The notes beneath the pieces are model-generated. The model saw nothing but the letters and a program-made list of their open reading frames with translations, searched no databases and was not told the DNA's origin. The position numbers and the translations under genes are program-made. Positions 35,226-53,652 of a stretch of 64,000 bases of DNA are shown in pieces. This stretch comes from Amoebophrya sp. A120 (taxonomy: Eukaryota; Protista; Dinoflagellata): assembly GCA_905178155.1 (NCBI GenBank), contig CAJINV010000034.1, positions 75,350 through 139,349 of the forward strand, in the 5' to 3' direction. Position 1 is the first letter of the stretch. Each line of letters starts with the position of its first letter.

Positions 35226-37938
35226 ATGCAACCCTCCTCCTTCCCGCTTCTTTTCGTCTGTGGTGGCGGCGTCATCCTGTATTGGCAGCGCTCCGTCACT
35301 ACGCATTGCAAACCTTCGTGCGTGGTATAAATCGCATGGAAAATAATTTACTCAGCATGAAAAACGAGACTTGTGATGCTGATTTACCTTAAGAATGGGA
35401 TTCGTATTTATAATTAGATGAACGTGCCTACGATTACTACGTACGAGCACAACACTTTTGCAATGCATAGCCACCGCAATTCTCATGGTCAAGGGCCTGG
35501 CGCAGGAGTTCCAGCTGACAAAACAAGACCAGTCGGAAATCCTCTCCGCTTTTTTCATCGGCTATCTAATCTCCGGCGCGATCGTTGCAGTCGTTTTGAC
35601 CCGGATTCTTCAGCGTTTCAAGCCAGAGCACGTCTGTTGCGCTAGCATTTTGCTCTCTTCGGTTTGCACCTTGGGGCTGGCTGCAGATCATAACTCAGTG
35701 GGGGTCTATTTGGAGTATCTCTTACAGCTGTCGGGAGTTGGGTTGGATTACGGAAGAAGAGACGGCACCGACACCAGTGCCACCGGATCGATCACACTTC
35801 AGGACGAGGACCATAGTACAATGCATTCTCGTCCGATATTAAATGCGCACGAGCTGCTACCACCCCCGTCGTCGCGAACTACGCCTTTGAATGACTTGAA
35901 CGGCGACAAAACTACCGAAAATCTTCATAGCCATCACATCAAAACACAGCTCTACTTTCTCCGCTTCCTCTCCGGCTTGTGCCAAGCGTTTTTTCTCCCT
36001 GCCTGCTTTGCCTTCTACCAAGAACAGCTACACCACTGCGCGAAGCGGAAAACGGAGGGCGTGGGGCGGTTATCGGCTTGCGCAAACATCGCGGTGGCGA
36101 GCGTGTATTTCTTCGGCGCAGAAATGAAGGACGAAGAGTGGCGGAAAACGGTCGTGATGTCGGGGCTGGTGCTGCCGCTGCCGTGGTTTTTCACTTTTCT
36201 TCTTCTGCCGAGAATTTTGAGTGCGAAACTGGTGGGCGATCTTGTCGGAAATGTGCTTCCGAGTATGGTGAAATTCGCAGCGCAGTCGGAGCTGCGTGGG
36301 ATCAATCCGGCCCCGCAAGAGCTGGAAGTCGAACTGGAAGCGCTGAAAACGTTGAGGCAAGACGAGTCGGCGCCCGGAACACCGTCGGAGGATCAAGACG
36401 GTGACGAGTCAACATCGGCCGACGGAGCAGGAAAGCACACAGAGGATGGCTGTGCTAGAAGTTCGCCGGTGCTGGGGCAGCAAGATCATCTCGACGCTTT
36501 GCCATCTTGCTCTTCGTCGAGCAGTGAGGAAGACATTCTTTCAGACCAGCGAGGGACTGCGGGCGTCATCCGCGAGAAGATGTTCATCAACATCGATGGA
36601 ACCGAGCCGAGTCCGCTGGGCACTAAAATCAAACTCGGTATCAGCAAGAAAAGTAGGGCGAGGGCGGGCAGCCAAGGCGATAAACCTGCTCGGAAGGCGG
36701 GGAACCACGCTGCAGCGGGGATTGATCAAGCACGACAACTCAAGAATGAGAGATGCCTTGAAGAGCAGCGTCGTGAAAAGGGCCGCCACCTTATTTCAAC
36801 CACTCACAGCATGACCTCTCTCCGAATACTCGCCACCTTTCTGCAAACGAAACCCTACATCGCCGTCGTGATCGGCCACTTCTTATGCAATGCAAAAGCA
36901 TCCTACTAGTATACTTAAATTGCATTACAAAAAAGGAATCAGCATGAGAAATGCAATATGTAATGCTGTTTTACGTTTGGAAGAAGATTTGTCATGCAGA
37001 TTTGCAACTAGTTTTAGTACGAGTGCGATACTTTTGCCCCGGATACTTCTGTCACACGACCGCGGCATTCATGCTCATGAGCTGGCTGCCGACCTTCTTC
37101 GGCAAGGAGAACGCCTTTTTCAGCGGGTTTCCCTACCTCCTAGCCGGTTTCGGTTCGCCTATCTGGCCGGAATATTGCAGAAGACAGCTGGAGAAGGGGA
37201 GGAACCTGTGGGCTGTCCGCAGAGAATTAGGCGCGATAGGATTACTCTTGCCGGGAATAGCGCTGCTGTTGGTGCTAGGGATCGTCGTTTTTTTGGAGAG
37301 TGATAAACTGCAAGACGGCGAGGAAATGATAAAGCCAGGAGAAGCTACAAAATTGAACAAAAGCGCCAGTAGTCAGCTCATCCTCTTGTCCAAAGCGGTT
37401 CTCTTTTCCGCCGTTTTGTTCTATCAACTACAAAGATGTCAGTCTGGGTCTCGAAGAGTCCAAGCAAGGTTTGCCCTGCTCTGCTAGCATGACTCCAAAG
37501 GCTGTCATGTGCATTACCCAAAAGCCCCACTTTATTTCTGTCATGCAGAAACGCGACTTGTCATGCAGAATACACAACGCCGTGGCCGTAGGTACTCAGA
37601 AACTTGTCATGCTGAGCTGCAAGTTGAGGCGTCATCATAATTGTCCAACACGCATCACAAGGTTCCAGACCCAGACATATTTATTTGCAATGCATATGCT
37701 CTTCGGCGCGGCGACTTCCAGTTCGATTTCCATGGGTCCGCTGGACCTGGCGGCGAGGAAAGAGCACAGTGGAACGCTCTACGCTTTCTCCAACACGTTT
37801 GCCGCGTTGCCCGGCATTCTAGCGGTCCGCATTGCCGCCGACATGGGCACCGGAGTGTTGGTTTGCGGCTGTCTGAAGGTGTTCGCGACGGGCGTATACT
37901 GGAAATGGGGGTCGGCAACGAAGATCGAGGCTGGGTAG
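35226..37938 (+). CDS. MFS transporter, SLC17/anion:cation symporter-like, 3 TIR introns
   Basis: Spliced motifs ILYWQRSVTAI, QSEILSAFFIGY, LRFLSGLCQ, HFCH…LMSWLPTFF, DLA…SGTLYAFSNTFAALPGIL; a further 5' exon (~34922-35101) is possible. Confidence 0.85.
35300..35469. mobile_element. Introner family A
   Basis: Left end TAC; DR GTCAC/GCCAC. Confidence 0.85.
36884..37045. mobile_element. Introner family A
   Basis: DR CTTCT/CTTCT; splits HF|CH. Confidence 0.9.
37422..37696. mobile_element. Introner family B
   Basis: DR TGTTC/TGCTC. Confidence 0.85.
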
Positions 37939-38439
37939 GGAATGGAGGAGGAGGAGCTTTTTCATTTTATTTTTATAGAGCTATAGCTGCCTAGGGTCAA
38001 GAACATCACTCGTCTTCCTGCTCGGAGCCCTTGTATATTAGGTTGAACCCTCTCCATGTTTTTGCCACCTTCGCTTTTTGTTTTTGTGAGTAGTACACTC
38101 GAAAAAAATTTTGATTACTTGCGTGCAACAAGGGCTAGCTGGAAGCTGGTTGGTTCTGATGTCGTTTTTGTTTCACAGCTAACATGTCGCCGCGTGATCC
38201 GTTTCCATTGATATTGTGTTGTCGGCACACAATTTGCCATCGTCCAAACGACACGCAGTGCCGAGGGTGCGCATCAAAGAATGAAACTGCAGCGCGCCAG
38301 TTGGGTAGAGTTCTTGTCCTTGATCCGCAGCCGCAGCGCGCACTGGCCTGCATGCGCAGCGTGTTCACCTTCAATCTGACGAGATTCGGGCCCGCGGTCT
38401 TTGTGCCCTGTGCTCCTTGATGCCTGTCTATGAAGGGAG

Positions 38440-39800
38440 ATCTGCAGGCAGGAGCGCCCGGGCCCGCAGCTGCCGGGGCGGCTCCGCCGGGCGCGTTTTC
38501 CGTGTTCCTCTGCTACTAGCCCTGCCGCCAAGCAACAGGGGCGGGCGGGCGCGTGCCCTAGGGCCGCGCACACACTGCCCGGCCGGGCGGCGACGGGCGG
38601 GGCCCGCGCACTACGGGGCGACAGAACACAGACTGCCTGACTTGCAAGTTTGGCAACCAAATGCGCGGCGACATTGGCGGCAAAAAGTGCCGGGCTGCCG
38701 GCGCTTACTTTTAGAAGCACGGCCGTCGTGGGTCGATCTACATGGGGCGGCAGCGATGGCGTGGGGCCGCTGCCAAAGGCTTGACTGAAGTGCAAGTGGC
38801 TGGGCTCCTGAGGCTGCTATATGCACCGGGGCGATTCGAGGGCGGGCCCGGCCATAGGCGGAAGCCGGTGGGGGAACCACGGCGGCAGGAATGAAGTTGG
38901 CGGGGAAGGCCAGTTCTTCCTTGGGGCCGCCCGACGGGCCCGGCCGTCCGTGGCGCACCGTCCGCACTGGTCTGCGTCGGCCTGTTCGCCAGGCCGGCGC
39001 AGTCGTCCGGCATCGACGGCGCGAAGAGGCCAGGCCATGACTATGCGTCTGGCCAGACGGCAGGCATGGAGGTCTCCGGGTACGAAATTCGGACTCCGGA
39101 CAGGCCGCGCCTCCGCGTACGGCGTTGATAGATTTATTTTTTTCCTGGAATTGCTCCGGGCGCCGCGTAAGGTCTTACCAACCGCGCCCATGCACTTCGT
39201 TCACCGACCGCGGTCCAGGTGTCGCTCGTATGTGCGTGGGGCAGTGGGCCCGCGGGTCGCTCTCCAGGGGCACAAACATGCCCGACAGCACGAGCAAGGC
39301 CGCGACACACTTTCCCGGCAAACAGTCCAGCCGGCGAGGCAGACCCGGGCGGCCGGCATCCGGGTAGCTGCCTTCCCGCGGACCCGCCCGGGGCGCCGCG
39401 CTCGGCCTTGGGGCCAGCGGCGCGGGCGGGGGGGGGGGTGCAGTCAGAGGCGGGCTCTTCCCGTTGTCAAAAGCAGGGGTCGGGCTATCGCAGCACTGGC
39501 CTGGCCGCTGGCTCTGGTCCGTGGTATGTGGTATGTGGGGCGGCGAAGACCGCGAGCTGGGCGGGGAAGCTACCACCTTTGCGCGCGGGCCATTGTTGAA
39601 GAAGTTCGCCCGGTCGGGCGTACCAGGCGCGAGCGCCCGTGGGCGCTGCCGTCGCCGTGTTTTTTTGTTGCCCCCCCCTGCGTGTTTTATCTATTTGCAT
39701 GTTTGGGAGAGGGAGCAGCCAGACCTATTGGCCTCCAGTCTGCCGCAGCGAGCCATTGCATGCATGCGCCAACTACGGTCGGGCTGCACTTGCGGCCCTT
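38440..39800. other. GC-rich non-coding island, probable repeat/transposon remnant
   Basis: Abrupt rise in GC; overlapping Arg/Pro/Gly-rich spurious ORFs on both strands; no convincing TIR/TSD found; boundaries approximate. Confidence 0.4.
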
Positions 39801-39939
39801 TGCTTAAAGGGTGTTCATTGGGTTGTGTAGATGACTGATGTGTTCTCGCGCCGGATCTTCGGACATGGATGGAAGAAGGAACAGATGGAGTATGTCTGCG
39901 CCCTGCCTGCGTTCGTTCGCACTGGATTCGTCGCAGTGA

Positions 39940-42325
39940 ATGGCGTTAATGAGTCCCGGCCGGGGTTTCTGCGAACTAGAGTCGTGGAAAGCACTGCCCC
40001 CCCCTGTTACGACAATATGTCTACATGACGAAAGCCTGGCACGAGCGACAAGAACTGCAATTCTAGCTCGCCCCCCCCCTAGCATGGTAAGAAACAGCAT
40101 GGCAGTGATGTTTCTCTCGTTTTCATCAATCTGCAGCCCCTTGCGGGTCGTGGCGCCTACCATTTTCCGCAGTGTGCTGGCCATTGGGATGGCGATGCTC
40201 TACAACCCGTTCACGGGCTTCGTGGCCACAACTGCTTCTACGATGCAAGACGCGAGGACCCCAATGCAGTCCGCAGCCACAGCGCCGTTCCATACTGCCC
40301 CCCACCGCGGCTTTGGGCCACTTGATCATAGAAGCGGAGATGGATTTAGATTGCAAGCGGAAGAAAGTAGAGCAGGAAATCAACATAGCGAATCTTCCTC
40401 ATGCTCCAGCACATCAACACAACACTCACATCCCCCTCCTCCACAACAACACGTAAACCCCGCTCATCAAGAAAAACCAGACGACCCCCGGAATTTCCCG
40501 CTTTTCCCGAGACTTCGGGAACAGTATCTAGCGCAGCACTGTCTAACCGTGGAGAAACAACTACTCGGGGAGCCGAACCTCCTCACGCCAGCGCATCTAT
40601 GGGCGCAGTCATTTATGGGCGCCTCCACCACGCTGCAGGCGTCGCCAAAGGACCTGGCCGAAGTGAAAAGCCTTGGCAGAAAGCTCCAAGTTGCCTGTGA
40701 GGCGCTGGAACAACGGAAGCAACAGGGACTGGCGCTGGTTTCGACTGGTTGTAGCAAAAGGAAGCGGGCCGCAGGGGCGACTGGCGTAGGTGAAGAAGAG
40801 GAGCTAGCACAAGAAGAAGCAGCGGAGCCGTCGAGCACGCCTGATGCAGTAGTACAGGAGGGTCTTCCAGTGCATGCGCAGTCAACTACAGTGGGTGGGT
40901 CGTCGTCGTCCTGGTCGACCTCTGCTTTGGAAAATGATAAATCTTCTGCATCTTCAAGCTCGTGCTGTCCTGCTCCATGCAGGACTACCACCACCGCCAT
41001 CGACGATGGACTGTCCACTCTTCAAAACAACATCAACTCTGCACTGCTGCCCCAAAAAAACCAGTTCCGCAAAACCCGACTGGAACTAGCACAGAAGAAG
41101 CTCGCGCAGTGGCAACTGTATCGAGACAAGGCTCTTCAGACTTTGCTTTCTGCAATCGAAAAACGGAACGCGGCCAGGGAGAAGCTGTTTCTGATCAACC
41201 GGATGAAAATGAATACGAGCGTGCAAAACTGCCCTTTCCCCTCATTTGTGATGCAAAACGCCGACTCCACGTCCACCTGTACTCTTGCGTTGAAGCAACA
41301 TTGTTTGCATGACAAATTTTGGATGAAACTGACACCGTACTACAATCCATGTGCAGATTTGTGATGCGAAGTGCCCACTTCTCACGTTGCTTGTGTTGCT
41401 GCTCGCGCATCGCGAATGAGGAGCAGAGGGGGGGTTGTGCACTTTTCATAATTCACGAAGAAAATTTACATCCGGCGGACCATCTCCCATTTTTACGGTT
41501 CAACGCAGACAGCGGCGAGCAGCGGTACCTGGCGAGCAGAGCAGGATATCAAATGCAAATATGTCTGGGTCTGGAAACTTGTGATGCGAGTCCGTGAACA
41601 GCTAGTGCTCTGTAATGCGCCACCAAGCATGACAACTCTTTTCGTGCTTCTGTGCTGTGTATTTTGCATGAGAAGCTGCGTATTGCATGACAGGCGGGAG
41701 GACCTCCTGGTGGCCACGCAATACAGTTGACAAAGAAGTCATGCCAGACTAGCATAACAAGTCCCGCAATCTTCCAGACCCAGACATATTTGCATTTGAT
41801 ACGGGAGCGGGAGGGCACCAGCATCTACTCCAAACCAATACCAACATGAACTTACCTTCCTCCTCCTCCTCTTCCTCTGATGCAGAGCTGCAGCAGAAAC
41901 ATTTCAACAACCAAAGATTGGAATTCCTCCATCGCCCGCTACTAGTCAGGATGTCGCTGAGCTACCACCAGGCGGACATCGACAGGAGGCAGGAAGAGTT
42001 GGCCGAACTAGACCGAAAGCTGAAAATCCTCGAAACGCAACTCCACTCAGCGGAAGTGCAGGACCCGATTGGGACCGCGTTCTGGCAGGTCGTGTGTTTG
42101 TGCCGAAGCGACTTGGGAAAATCCGGGTACGAGGGCGAATTGGCGGCGGAGGTGCTCGAGTTTTTGTGCTGTCAGGAGGAGAATAACGAAAACGCGATAG
42201 TTGGGGAGGAACGAAGAAGGCCAGGAGGCTGCGACGACACTAGTGCCCATCATGCAGCGGTAATAGTCAATCCTGAGAACAACTACGCTGCAGTGGGTGC
42301 TGCAGTTCCGATGGAGGACGAGTAG
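39940..42325 (+). CDS. Hypothetical coiled-coil protein, 2 TIR introns, 5' end uncertain
   Basis: ORF 39940 joins 41456-41546 and 41807-42325 in frame after element removal. Confidence 0.6.
41214..41450. mobile_element. Introner family G
   Basis: TACGAGCGTGCAAAAC.GCCC / GGGGGGTTGTGCACTTTTCATA; DR ATGAA/ATTCA. Confidence 0.75.
41547..41801. mobile_element. Introner family B
   Basis: DR CAGGA/CGGGA. Confidence 0.9.
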
Positions 42326-43051
42326 AAACCTTTTCGACGACGAGGCGATATAAGTTATTTCCAGTGCTGCCGTTCGCGTTTCTTCGATTTGGTTCGTGCA
42401 AATGATAGCACTGTAGAAAATCCTTGTGGTTAATGTCCTAGAACTTGATGTACACTATCCAAATGTATTTAAATGACCCCGACAGGGCCCTGTTTCGATT
42501 TTCCTTTGTTTTTGTGAGGATCGCGTTCTCTTTTCAGTATGTGACTACAAACAATTTTGCAATTTTCCAGACAGCACGAGCATGAGTTTCGTAATGTCAT
42601 CACTCCACGAACATGAACAACTCGTTCTCGTTTTTGTCGCAGTTGTAATGCTTGATTGGTGCGATTACGCACCGCATTATATGAACTCGATACTCCTTTT
42701 GTCAAAACGCAACAGTGAAAAGAAAAGAAGAGGTGGTCATCATTTTCCCAATACCGTTTCACAAGATCGAACCTACTAGGTGGAGATTTTTCTGCGGCAG
42801 TGGTTGTTACTTCTTCCCGAACCCGATCTCAAGATGTTTCGGTTGGTCACCGAGGGAAAACACCTAGTCGAAAACTAGTCGCGAGGAAAAGGGCTTTTTT
42901 TCGGCCCCTCTTTTTCTCCATGCGCAACGCCCCCGAATCCGCAATGCAATTTTTTTTTAGGCTCGCTCCTTTTTTCCGGCGGGGTTTTATCAACAAGGAG
43001 AGTCAAGCATTTTGATGTCGAAAATTATTCATACTGAGGCTGGACTTGAAG

Positions 43052-46000
43052 ATGAAGATGGCTCCTTCACTACGTAGGTCTGAGCGGTGGAACTGCGTTT
43101 TGTCGTTTCTCTTCCACCTGCTCTCCCGCTGGAACAGAAACTCGTCGTTTTTTCTTACCTTCGCAGGAGTTCTTGTAAACGCACAGGAACAACATCAAGA
43201 TGACCAGCAGCTCCCGCCGCAGCACCACCACGGACTCCTTGACCCCACTCCGAACAAACTCTACCGCGGCTGCCAGCTTTGTCAGGACATTCCGGAAGTG
43301 CTGGCGGATAGTTTCTTCTTCGACAGTAAGGACTGCATGTGGCCGAAGAAGCGCGTTGTCGAAAAAACCGACACGGTGGTCTCTTGCACGCTGCTCTCCT
43401 GCGTGGCGGTGTACCTCCTGTGTGGCACGGAGAAACTGACCAACGAAAACCCGCTATCCTGAGCAAAAACGTCCCCACCGCAGAGTTGTCATGCAGATTT
43501 CCAGTCACAGGAAGATTTGTAATGCGCGTCCCCATGAGAGGCATCGCATTGCCAATCGTGTTTTAGACTTTGTAATGCTCGAAACAGGATGAGTAGATAG
43601 ATTTGTGTTGCGGTTGTACTTGCTACACTGCACTACAATAGAGATACGAACTTGTCATGCTTCACTCCCAAAACTTCTCGATTTGTGTTGCAAAATCCCC
43701 ATCTCGGTCTGGTGTGGGGACGTTTTTACTCAGGATATCCGCTGGACCGGCTCGCTTTGGAGCTGCCGAGGTTTTTTATCGACTACTACCATAAACTGCT
43801 TGTTTCCGGGAAAAGAATGGCGCTGGCGAAAATGGCAGCCTCTGACGACGATGAGGAGATGAAAATGACGGATCCGGAAAACAAGTTGAAGCTCATATGC
43901 ACAGCGCAAAAGCATCGTACTAAGTAGAAATCGCATTACAAATTCGATCAGCATGTTGACAAGTGGAATTTGCCATGCTGTTTTACCTTGGGATGCAGAT
44001 TTGTTTTTGTAATGCATGATTGCGATTACTACTTCTTTTGCACGGGATACCTCAAACCGATCGACGACAGCATTCCGGTGATTATCGCGAATCGAATGAA
44101 AGACTTACTGGTTTCGAAACTCCCGGAACTCCATTTGTACAAGCAAACCTACAGTTCCTTCTCCGATAGCACAAAGTTCCACGCGGGCGGGTTTCTCGCG
44201 CCGGAGATGCTGACACTGGTGGAAAATCTGGTGAATTTTCGCCGTTTGTTCCAGTGGAGGTTTAATTTTCTCAACGTCGCGTGCCTTATTGAGAGGAAAA
44301 ATCCCCCCTCCCCATATTGAAACGGCATGCTTCCGAAAATTTGTGTTGCTGATTTGAGGTCACAAATCACATTTGTTTTGCAAGAAGACAAGGGCAGAAG
44401 CTTCCGCCCCATTATGGAAGCGATTTGTCATGTTGTTGGGCCTAAAGGGAAGCCGCTTGCCATGCTGAACAACTAGACGCATACGCCCCTACCTAGCCTG
44501 GGGATCTGTCTGCAATGCTTTCCTGCAATACAAAGCTGATTTGTGTACTCAAATCCAGCATCAGAGATTTCGTTTTGATATGGGGAGGGGGGATTTTTCC
44601 TTTTGATATGCCTCCGGTGGTCGTTTATGGAAGGGTGCTCACCGGATAGGATTGTATTTGAGAACAAAATATGCATTGCAAATATGTCTGGGTCTGGAAG
44701 GATGCAACTTCTGATGCTGTCTTCGCATTCTAAACAAATCTGTGCTGCATGACCAGCACGACGCGTCGACTTTGTACCACGCGGAGAGGGCATTTGTCAT
44801 GCAGTATAGTACGCTGCATCAGAAAGCCCTCAAAAAGCCTGTGATGCTAGGGCATGCATCACAAACATCATGGGTCATGCAAAATGTGCATGACAAGTTC
44901 CAGACCCAGACATATTTGCATTTGATACAAAATACCACGGTTTTACCGGGTGAAGGTCGTGACGGATCTGTTGAAGTCCATGTGGTATGCATTGCAAAAG
45001 TATCGTACTTGTACTAATTGCAGTTATGCATTACAAATCTAGGCGTTGAGGGAAATCCGCATTACAAATTTCATTTCTCATGCTGAGGATATTTGTAATG
45101 CATTTATTTATACGAGTGCGATACTTTTGCAATGCATATGTGGCTACGGAAGGTGGAGGAGAAAGAGCAGAACCAGGGGGAAAATAGAATTCTAGAAGCA
45201 GGGGCCGCCGCAGGGTCAAGAAGCACTTCTAGAAGCCACCACGACGATTATTCACATAATTCTAGGGCAGTCCCCTGGTACTTCGATAATTCCAAATACG
45301 ACTACCACGACGAGAGAGTCTTCCCCTCTGAACCAAGCGCGGAGGTGATGCAGGACAGCATCGCGCACGGACTAGAATCCCAATACGTGAAGCAAACGGT
45401 TTTGAAATTTGTCGAGGTCGGGGTGTTTCAGGGTCGGCTAGCATACAGTGTGCTGAAAACCTGTCCATTTGTGGAGTATTTCGGCGTGGACCCGTACAAG
45501 TTCGAAGCGGAGGACTACGAGTTTCAGGGGCTGTTCACAGACCAGATTGAAGAAAAAAAGGAGAAGGAACAAGGGAGTGTTGATAACGGCGGAACAACGC
45601 CTGGGGAGGCACTTCCAGAGTCAGCGACAGCATCTTCTTCTTCTTCGACAACACCAGGGGAACAAGACCTTTCGGAAGTAGATGAAAACGCCGCTGCAAA
45701 AACTAGTACCGAATCAGAAGAGGAGAAAAAGCAGTCTTTCGCCCAAGCATTATTAGAAGCGCGGAACGGTGCCCGGAGCAAGATCGGGTTTTTCCAGAAA
45801 CGGGCTCGGCTGCTGGAGAAGACGAGTGAGGAGGGGGCGCGGCAGATGAAAAGGATACTGTTTGAAAGTGGCGATACTGATACAACACGAGCTCCTGCAA
45901 CTGACGGCGCCGACGAAAATGGTTTTAACACTGCAAGAATAAATGCACCTTCTGCCTCCATAGATTTCGTCTTCATCGACGGCGACCATCGGTACGAGGC

Positions 46001-46271
46001 GACCTTCAACGACATTACATATTGGTACCCGCTGGTGAAGGAGAAAACGGGGATTATTGGCGGCCACGATTTCGGGTCGAATATAGAGGTGACAAAGGCT
46101 GTCATGGATTTCATGCGGCTATACTTGCCCGAAGACTGGAAACTCTATGTAGACGCAGATTGGACCTGGTTTTTTATAAAACCTGATCTTGGACGAGAAA
46201 AAAAAGACAAATTGCTGGTACATCAGCGTCATGCAACGGTGCAAAAAAGTGCAAGTCACGATGAGCTTTAG
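43052..46271 (+). CDS. Class I SAM-dependent methyltransferase (Methyltransf_24-like) with hydrophobic N-terminal segments, 5 TIR introns
   Basis: VEVGVFQG, YFGVDPY, DFVFIDGDHRYE, GIIGGHDF; frame continuous from ATG 43052 after element removal. Confidence 0.85.
43455..43737. mobile_element. Introner family C
   Basis: TIR TATCCTGAG.AAAAACGTCCCCAC; DR CCCGC/TCCGC. Confidence 0.9.
43896..44049. mobile_element. Introner family A
   Basis: DR GCTCA/CCTCA. Confidence 0.85.
44287..44608. mobile_element. Introner family H
   Basis: TIR TAT….AGGAAAAATCCCCCCTCCCCATAT; DR TGCCT/TGCCT. Confidence 0.9.
44670..44927. mobile_element. Introner family B
   Basis: DR CAAAA/CAAAA. Confidence 0.9.
44986..45138. 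mobile_element. Introner family A
   Basis: DR TGTGG/TGTGG. Confidence 0.9.
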
Positions 46272-47233
46272 GAAAGTTGGTTGAATCAGAGTAAAAGTCA
46301 AATCTTCGCATTGACAGAGTGCAGTTTTGCGTTCAGTTTTCTACACCAATGTGACCAGGCTTGTAGATAGAGATCCGACCACGGCCAGTTGCCAATGGCA
46401 ATTATGGTACGGGACGCAAGTCAGGAACAAGATCCGCTAGAAGTGTTGTAGAACAGGTAGTTGAAGAAGCTCTGCGACGTTTATTTTCTCTGTGCAGTTA
46501 CTAGCGGCGGAGCCGGTTCGGCCATCGTGGATCTTTTTTTCCGTTTTTTCTAAAAAGCGAATAAAGCTTAAGGCTCTGACGTAGTTGCAACCGAGCTCGT
46601 CTATATATTGCGCCGTTAATACTTGACGATCTAGCTTTAGCCCAGTTTCCCGTCACCTCAGCATGAAGATGCGACGAAAGATCAAAGTATTGCTATTCTT
46701 CTATCGGACAAGACCACGACCGCAAGACCTAGATATACTTCAATAAGATTTTATTACGGACGAGCCGCCGCGGGCTTAGAAGGTTATATTCTTTTTGTCG
46801 AAGCTGGTGCGCTACTAGTATCTGCTCATACTGCAGTACAAGTACTGAAATTTCAAAAACTAATCACCCAGGTCAACACAGTTCTTGTTCTCTTGATTTA
46901 GCGATATTCTCCTGCGTTTATTCTTGCAGGCCATTTCTTTAGAGCTGTCTGTGAAAAAATCCAGGTCCGCTCCACCACACACAATACTTTTCGTCGTTTT
47001 ACCAAACAACCAAATAGGAATCCGCTGCATTGTTCTTTGTCGATACAGTTCGCACCACTAGAAAGATAACCCAACATAACAAGAACAATAAGCACAAGTC
47101 GTTTTTCAACCACCAGAAGTTGTGTAGGGCGAGAAAATCTAAATCTCAGCAGGGGACTACTACCTCTGTTCCGCAACCGACGCATCCCAAGCGAAGCGCC
47201 AGTACCACCTTCTCAGGACCAGGAACATCGACC

Positions 47234-53652
<6,419 letters not shown>

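Noticed and set aside
38274-39838. Long Arg/Gly/Pro-rich ORFs (e.g. 38821-39807)
   Set aside because: Overlapping on both strands in very GC-rich DNA with no motifs; likely spurious.
39992-40107. Possible CACTGCC…GGCAGTG mini-element
   Set aside because: Only a 7-bp inverted repeat, no DR, and an ORF reads through it; cannot be supported.
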